Shown here piece after piece: positions 58,830 through 64,000 of a stretch of DNA of 64,000 nt (position 1 is its first letter; every line of letters starts with the position of its first letter). The translations under genes were made by a program, and so were the position numbers. The stretch is from Amoebophrya sp. A120 (lineage: Eukaryota; Protista; Dinoflagellata), in assembly GCA_905178155.1 (NCBI GenBank), contig CAJINV010000013.1:1202392-1266391 (forward strand), written 5' to 3'. The notes beneath the pieces are model-generated. The model was not told the DNA's origin. It made no database searches and was given only the letters and a program-made list of their open reading frames with translations.

Positions 58830-61800
58830 CTACATCTTTTTCTTCCCTGTCTTCGTACTACTCCCTTTGCCTTTATATCCCTTTCCGCTGCCATTCGCCG
58901 CCGTCGCATCGTGCCGGAATGGACAACTACCCGCTCCCTTCGTACACTTCCCCTTCAGGAAAAAGGTGCACACCGGCGCCTGAGCCTTGTCGTGCAGGAA
59001 GGGGCACTGGGCGCCCCGGGTACAGGTGCCGCGGAGGAAAAAGCTGCACACGTCGGCAGTACTGACGGTGGTGCTTGTAGAAGAAGTCACTGGCTGCGCA
59101 ATTGTTCCACCTGCTGAGAAAAAACCGCCACTGGCTCCGCCGCGCGCGGCCGGAACGAATTCGGGCACTGCAGCGCTCAAAGTAGCTGCGTTCGCACCTT
59201 GGAAAAATGCGGGCCTAGCTTTTGCTTGTGAATCATCACGCTGTGCTGAGAAAACTGTCTGTTCTGTCGGACCGTGCGAAATTGAGGACGACAGCAGCGC
59301 CATTTGGCTCACCACTTTGAGCGGAAAAACCTCCGCGGCGGTCTCGTCGACCAAAGCAGTGAGCGTTGTTGGACGTGTAGTCGCACCGCTTCCTGAAGTT
59401 ACTTCCTCGCTCATACTCTCCTCCGAACAGCCATCCGCTTCCCGCAGCTGCGCGGCGAGGCGGCGCAGGGCCGTCAGATCGTTGAACTCCGCACGCGTGT
59501 CCAAGTCGTGTAAGCTGACGGAACAGCATGCGTTCCAGATGGTGCGCCACAGAAACGACTGCGGCGCTCCGCCAAAAGTGCCCGATTGTGCGCTGGAGGT
59601 CCCTGTCATCGTCCGCAGACAGCCGACCACGTGGAGTCCCTGCTTGCACCGGGAGAGCGCGACGTTCACCCGGTTCAAGTTGCTCGTGAAGCCGATTTTG
59701 TTTTCCCAGTTGGCCCGGCAAGTAACCAGAATCACAAAGTCCGACTCCGAGCCCTGCGCGGCGTCCACCGTGATCACGCGGATGGGCCTGCGGAGGTAGT
59801 TGGTTTTCGACCCGGCATAAATCTTCGGTAGCAGCTGCTTGAGCACCTGTGTCTGCGGTTTATACATGCAGATGATCGAGATTTCGGCGGTGGGTTTCTT
59901 CAGGTCCGGATGGGTCAACAGCAACTCGCAAACCAGCTTCGCCTGCGCCAAGTTCACGTACGAATTCCGACACGGCTGCTCCAGGGTGCGGACGTCAGGC
60001 GCTGCGAATGATGCTGAGGGGCCCTTGTTGTAGTAAACGCCCGACTTATTTTTTCCACCGTCAAAACTCTGTTGAAAATCACTGCTTCTAAGTTGCGCGA
60101 AGTCGTGCCACACAAGCTGTAAATTTGCGGCAGCGAAAGAAGAGCGTCCTTCTGAGGCATTGTACTCGTGTTGCGGAGGGCCGTGCGGGTGCTGCTGTTG
60201 GGGGGCGTAATAACTTGTTGGCGCGGACGAGGACCACTTCTTGTTGTTTCCATAGTACTCTATTTCCTCTCTTTTCAAAACTGGCACCAGTTCCTCCTTG
60301 CCCGCGAAGGTTTCCAGTTTGCCGGAATAGCTCAGCTTGGACACGTATCAAATGTAAAAATGTCTGGGTCTGGAAGAATGCAACTTGTGATGCTGAATTT
60401 GGATTCCAAAAAAATCTGTATTGCATGAGCAGCAAAGGGAATGCAATTTTTGCTACGCGGAGAGGGCATTTGTCATGCGGAATACATAGGCATCGCGAAG
60501 CCTTCAAAAAGTATGTGATGCTAGAGCATGCATCACGGACATCATGGCCAATGCAAAACATGCATGACAAGTCTCAGAATCTTCCAGACCCAGACATTTT
60601 TACATTTGATAACACGAGGTCGCACACTTTGCGTGGCATGCGGTACTGGACGTCGAGCAGGGAAAACCGTTTCCCGCTATCCACGCAGCGCTGCATGAAG
60701 CTCCGGGTCACGCACTTCTTCTCCAGGGCAAACGGGGGTTCGACGGACAACACCAACGGCCCCAGCTGCTTGTGGTCCCCCAGTAAAACGAGGTTCTCCG
60801 CGTGCAAGTCCAAAAGCAAAGGCAAGTTTTCCTCCCCGGTCGCGCCGGCCTCGTCCAAAATTGCGGCGGCAAACTTTTCCGGGAACACGTTCGCTTCGAT
60901 GAAATTGTTCTCTGAGGGAGCATTGTTACCCGTGAAAAGTTTCTGCTGCTGGTGCTGTTCCGACGATTCATCCCCTTCTTCAGAATCAGTATAATCCGCA
61001 AGCTGCGTTATTCCAGTGCCTGGAAATAACAACTTGTCCGTTTTCGTCTTCCCCGCCCCACGTGGTGGCGCGTCAGTCCCGACTACCTTCCTCTTCCCGT
61101 ATTCACGCTTGAGCAGAGCCAGGTGGTATGTGCTTGCGATGGTGCACAGGAACACATTGGCCTCCTTGACCACCCGCAGCTCTGCGCCGGCCATGGCCTT
61201 GGGTAGATACACCAGCTCCAGGTACTGCAGGGCGTTTTTTAACAGTTCGATGGTTCTTTCCGTCTTCTGGTGTACGAAGCTTTTCACCGCAACTCTCGCC
61301 AGCAAGTACCGAAACTCATCCATCTTCTGCTGGAGCCGCCGTTCAGGGGAAATGTTCATCATCTGTGCCTCCGTAATAGTTCGCCCAGAAAACTTGCGTA
61401 CGCCTCTTCGTAACGTCATCAGAGGGCGCAATTTGTACATACTCGGGACAATACCGCTGCTGCTATTACCGCTGCATGCCAACCCTGATACGGCGGGAAC
61501 AGGTTCTTGCGATTCCGATTTCAACGCCGTCGTAGAATTAGTAGCACTATCGCCGCTGATGTCAACAAGCCCAGCATGATCTGAATTGCTTTTACAACCT
61601 CCTCCTCCGAGCAATCTCTGTATCCGCCGCTCTTGCAGTTCTTCCAACGCCTGGACCCACTGTCGCAATTTCGCTTCCACCGAGTTCTTCAAAAAGTTCA
61701 CGAACGAATCCCGCTCTCGCGCTTTCTTCTTCAGCGTGAAACTTCCCGCGACCGGGCCCAGGCGCGCCGGGTTGCCAAGCACCAGGGTGTTGACCCCCTT

Positions 61801-64000
61801 GTTTTCCAGCGCGCACAGCTTCTCCGCGACGGACTCAATCGCCACATTGGTCACCGCAGTGATGATAACCGCGGGCCGCTTGCTGGGGTGAGGCGGGGTA
61901 GTAGTTTTCGACACGACAACTTTCTGTGCGTCTACAAGATCTTCATTTGCCGCTGGTATAATTTTCCCTCCGCCATCTTCTTGCAGCGGAAGTTTGTCTC
62001 GATTTTTTCTGCTTTCGTCCGAAATTGTAGCACTTATTTGCTGCTGTTGTTGTACCTCGCCCCGCGACAGGAACGCACGACAGACGTGGAAAATCGTGGT
62101 GGACTTTCCGGTTCCTGGCGGGCCCTGGATCAGGTGGAGTTTGGAGTGCTTTTCCTCGTGCAGCTTGTCCACCGCCCGCTTTTGCGCCGCATTGATCGGC
62201 ACAAGGACTTCTGGGTAGTTCGGGTTCGCTGGGCTACTAGATGTAGTAGTGCTGGCAGTCGACGTAGTTCCGGCCACCGCGGACGAAACAGAAGTGGAAG
62301 GAATTTTCAGACCACTAATACTTGGGTCAAAATTTTCATCTGCTGGTACTGCGACTGCCGCTTCTACACTCCCTTGCAGCTTCTGGTGCAGCATTCCAGG
62401 GTTCAGGACGAAATCTTCCAGAGTTGGGGGTTTATCTTGTCCAGTCTCTTGTAGCGCAGCATGCGCTGCCGCTCCGCAAAGAACATTCGCCTTCTCCGCC
62501 ATCGCGAGGCGCTTCATAATCGCAGTGTACTGCGACACCAGAGTACCCACGAACGCCACGACGTGAAAAACCGTGCCCACCCCGCCTTTCAGCCCGGTAA
62601 GAAACACCGTGTCCGGGCGGGACGGGAACTTTATTCTTCCGTTCTTCCGTGGTCCTATCGTCTCCCGCACGGTCTGGATGTGGAAATACTTTTTTTTCCC
62701 GACGGAGCCTTCCTTGTCCGGGCCCGAACTTTTGGTAAACACCACCCAGTCCCGCAGCCCCAGTAGCTGCAGCCGCCGTCGCTCGTTTTCTACTTCGTCT
62801 CTGGTTGCGTTTTCCACCATTACATTCCGCGTGCGTCTCGCGATCTTAGCTGCTTCTTTCCGCTCCGCCTTCGACATACTATTCTGGGCTCCCGCGCCGG
62901 GATCGTCTGCTTTCCCTTTCCCCTGCATCAACGCACTTCTGGGTGGAATTTGGGCGGTGGGTCGCTTGGACTGCAGCTCCTCCTTGTTCGCGGTGCTGTC
63001 GTCCTCTTCGTTTTTACCCTTACCACCACCGACGGAAGCACTCGCGTCCGCGCTGCTCGCGCTTGCGTTGGACCCCTTGAGCAGCTCGAACTCGTGGTAC
63101 CCCGTGGATTGGTCCGTGTATCAAAGTGAAAAAAGCCCCCACCCCATATCGGAAACGGAAGATGCGCGAATTTGTGATGCTGTATTTGAGTACACAAATC
63201 AACTTGTATTGCTAGAAGGCCAAGAGACGAAGCTGCGGCCTAAATTGCAGGTAATCTGTCATGCTGTTTCCCACTTCCAGTTGCCTTCTGTCATCCTGGA
63301 GCTGCAAGGCTTTCCCACGCTAGACAGCACTACAGTCCGCATCTTTTGCCTTCTAGCATCACAAAGCTGATTTGTGACCACGTATCTGCATCACAGATTT
63401 CCGTTTTGATATGGGGAGGGGGCATTTTTCATTGTAATACCGTGTGCGTCTTGACCACGCGGATCTGCAGCAGAAACTCCTCGAATATGGGAGTGTCAAG
63501 ATTGAAATCGTCAGAGTTGAAATGATTTGTCATGCATAAAATGCAATACAAAAAGTGACTCTATTGCAGAGGACGCACGGGAGGCAGATTATAGTCCTGG
63601 TAAGGGTCAAACGTTGGACTGCTGACTAGCATGACAGAAGGCAGCTCTTTTGCCCTAAACCGCATGACAGACTCGCTTCCAGGACCGGGGAAATTTGTCA
63701 TGCACCGACTACAAACTGTAGGTCTAACTGGTATCCGTTTTATGCATGACAAACTATTTCAACTTTGACGATTTCAAACCTGACACATCCATATCGAACG
63801 CCGGGTGCGTAGTGGTCACGGCGGTCAGATACTGCTGCTTCACGTTGTGTCGCAGGGTGCTGTAGTAGTCCTTTTTGGAACTGTAATTGGTCTCCATCGG
63901 CTGAAACACGATATCCGTCTGCGGATTTACCAGCGCGTTCGCCTCCGCGAGCAGCTCCTCGTGCGGCTGCGTCCGAGCAGCGCGAAGGTTCTGCTTCCGG
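58830..64000 (-). CDS. Superfamily 1 (Upf1/SEN1/DNA2-NAM7-like) helicase with two C-terminal CCCH zinc fingers; 5' end beyond the window
   Basis: LIQGPPGTGKS, TAVTNVAIE, ILDEAG, LLGDHKQLGP, LDVQYRM, SIICMYKPQ, TVDAAQGSE, IGF...NRVNVALSRCK. Fingers CSFFLRGTCTRGAQCPFLH and CTFFLKGKCTKGAGSCPFRH. Three TIR elements interrupt it. Confidence 0.93.
60346..60611. mobile_element. Family A TIR intronic element, 266 bp, inverted close copy of 25421-25682
   Basis: Perfect 32-bp TIR; TSD ACACG. Removal gives QYRMPRKVCDLVSKLSYSGKL. Confidence 0.95.
63119..63439. mobile_element. Family C TIR intronic element, 321 bp
   Basis: TIR TATCAAAGTGAAAAAAGCCCCCACCCCATATC / TATTACAATGAAAAATGCCCCCTCCCCATATC; TSD CCGTG. 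Removal gives VVKTHTDQSTGYHEF. Confidence 0.9.
63486..63793. mobile_element. Family D TIR intronic element, 308 bp
   Basis: Imperfect TIR of about 56 bp, TATGGGAGTGTCAAGATTGAAATCGTCAGAGTTGAAA...; TSD TCGAA. Removal gives HPAFEEFLLQIR. Confidence 0.9.

Overview
Eukaryotic, intron-containing DNA with about 13 protein-coding genes, all on the minus strand. In order: myosin, a membrane protein, a very large acidic protein, an unknown protein, mitoribosomal uL15, a GH2 beta-mannosidase, an apparent FABP-ACBP fusion, an unknown protein, a probable flagellar microtubule inner protein, a SAM-dependent O-methyltransferase, a His-rich protein, a NUDT22-like Nudix hydrolase, and a Upf1/SEN1-type SF1 helicase with two CCCH fingers. 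The main feature is 15 short elements (about 150-370 bp) in five families, plus one truncated end. They have TA-terminated inverted repeats, and 13 have a perfect 5-bp target-site duplication (TSD). They lie in coding sequence in either orientation and offer no GT-AG register, yet removing an element plus one TSD restores the protein. They coexist with ordinary GT-AG introns. This fits the non-canonical 'introner' introns of the parasitic dinoflagellate Amoebophrya (Syndiniales); the taxon is inferred, not verified. All five families share a repeated GCAT(G/C/T)ACA(A/G) motif. Also notable: a 1.14-kb antisense gene fragment inserted in the mannosidase between perfect 53-bp direct repeats, and an intronic 104-bp satellite with a three-unit higher-order period. 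All exon joins were deduced by hand from frame compatibility and have no transcript support.
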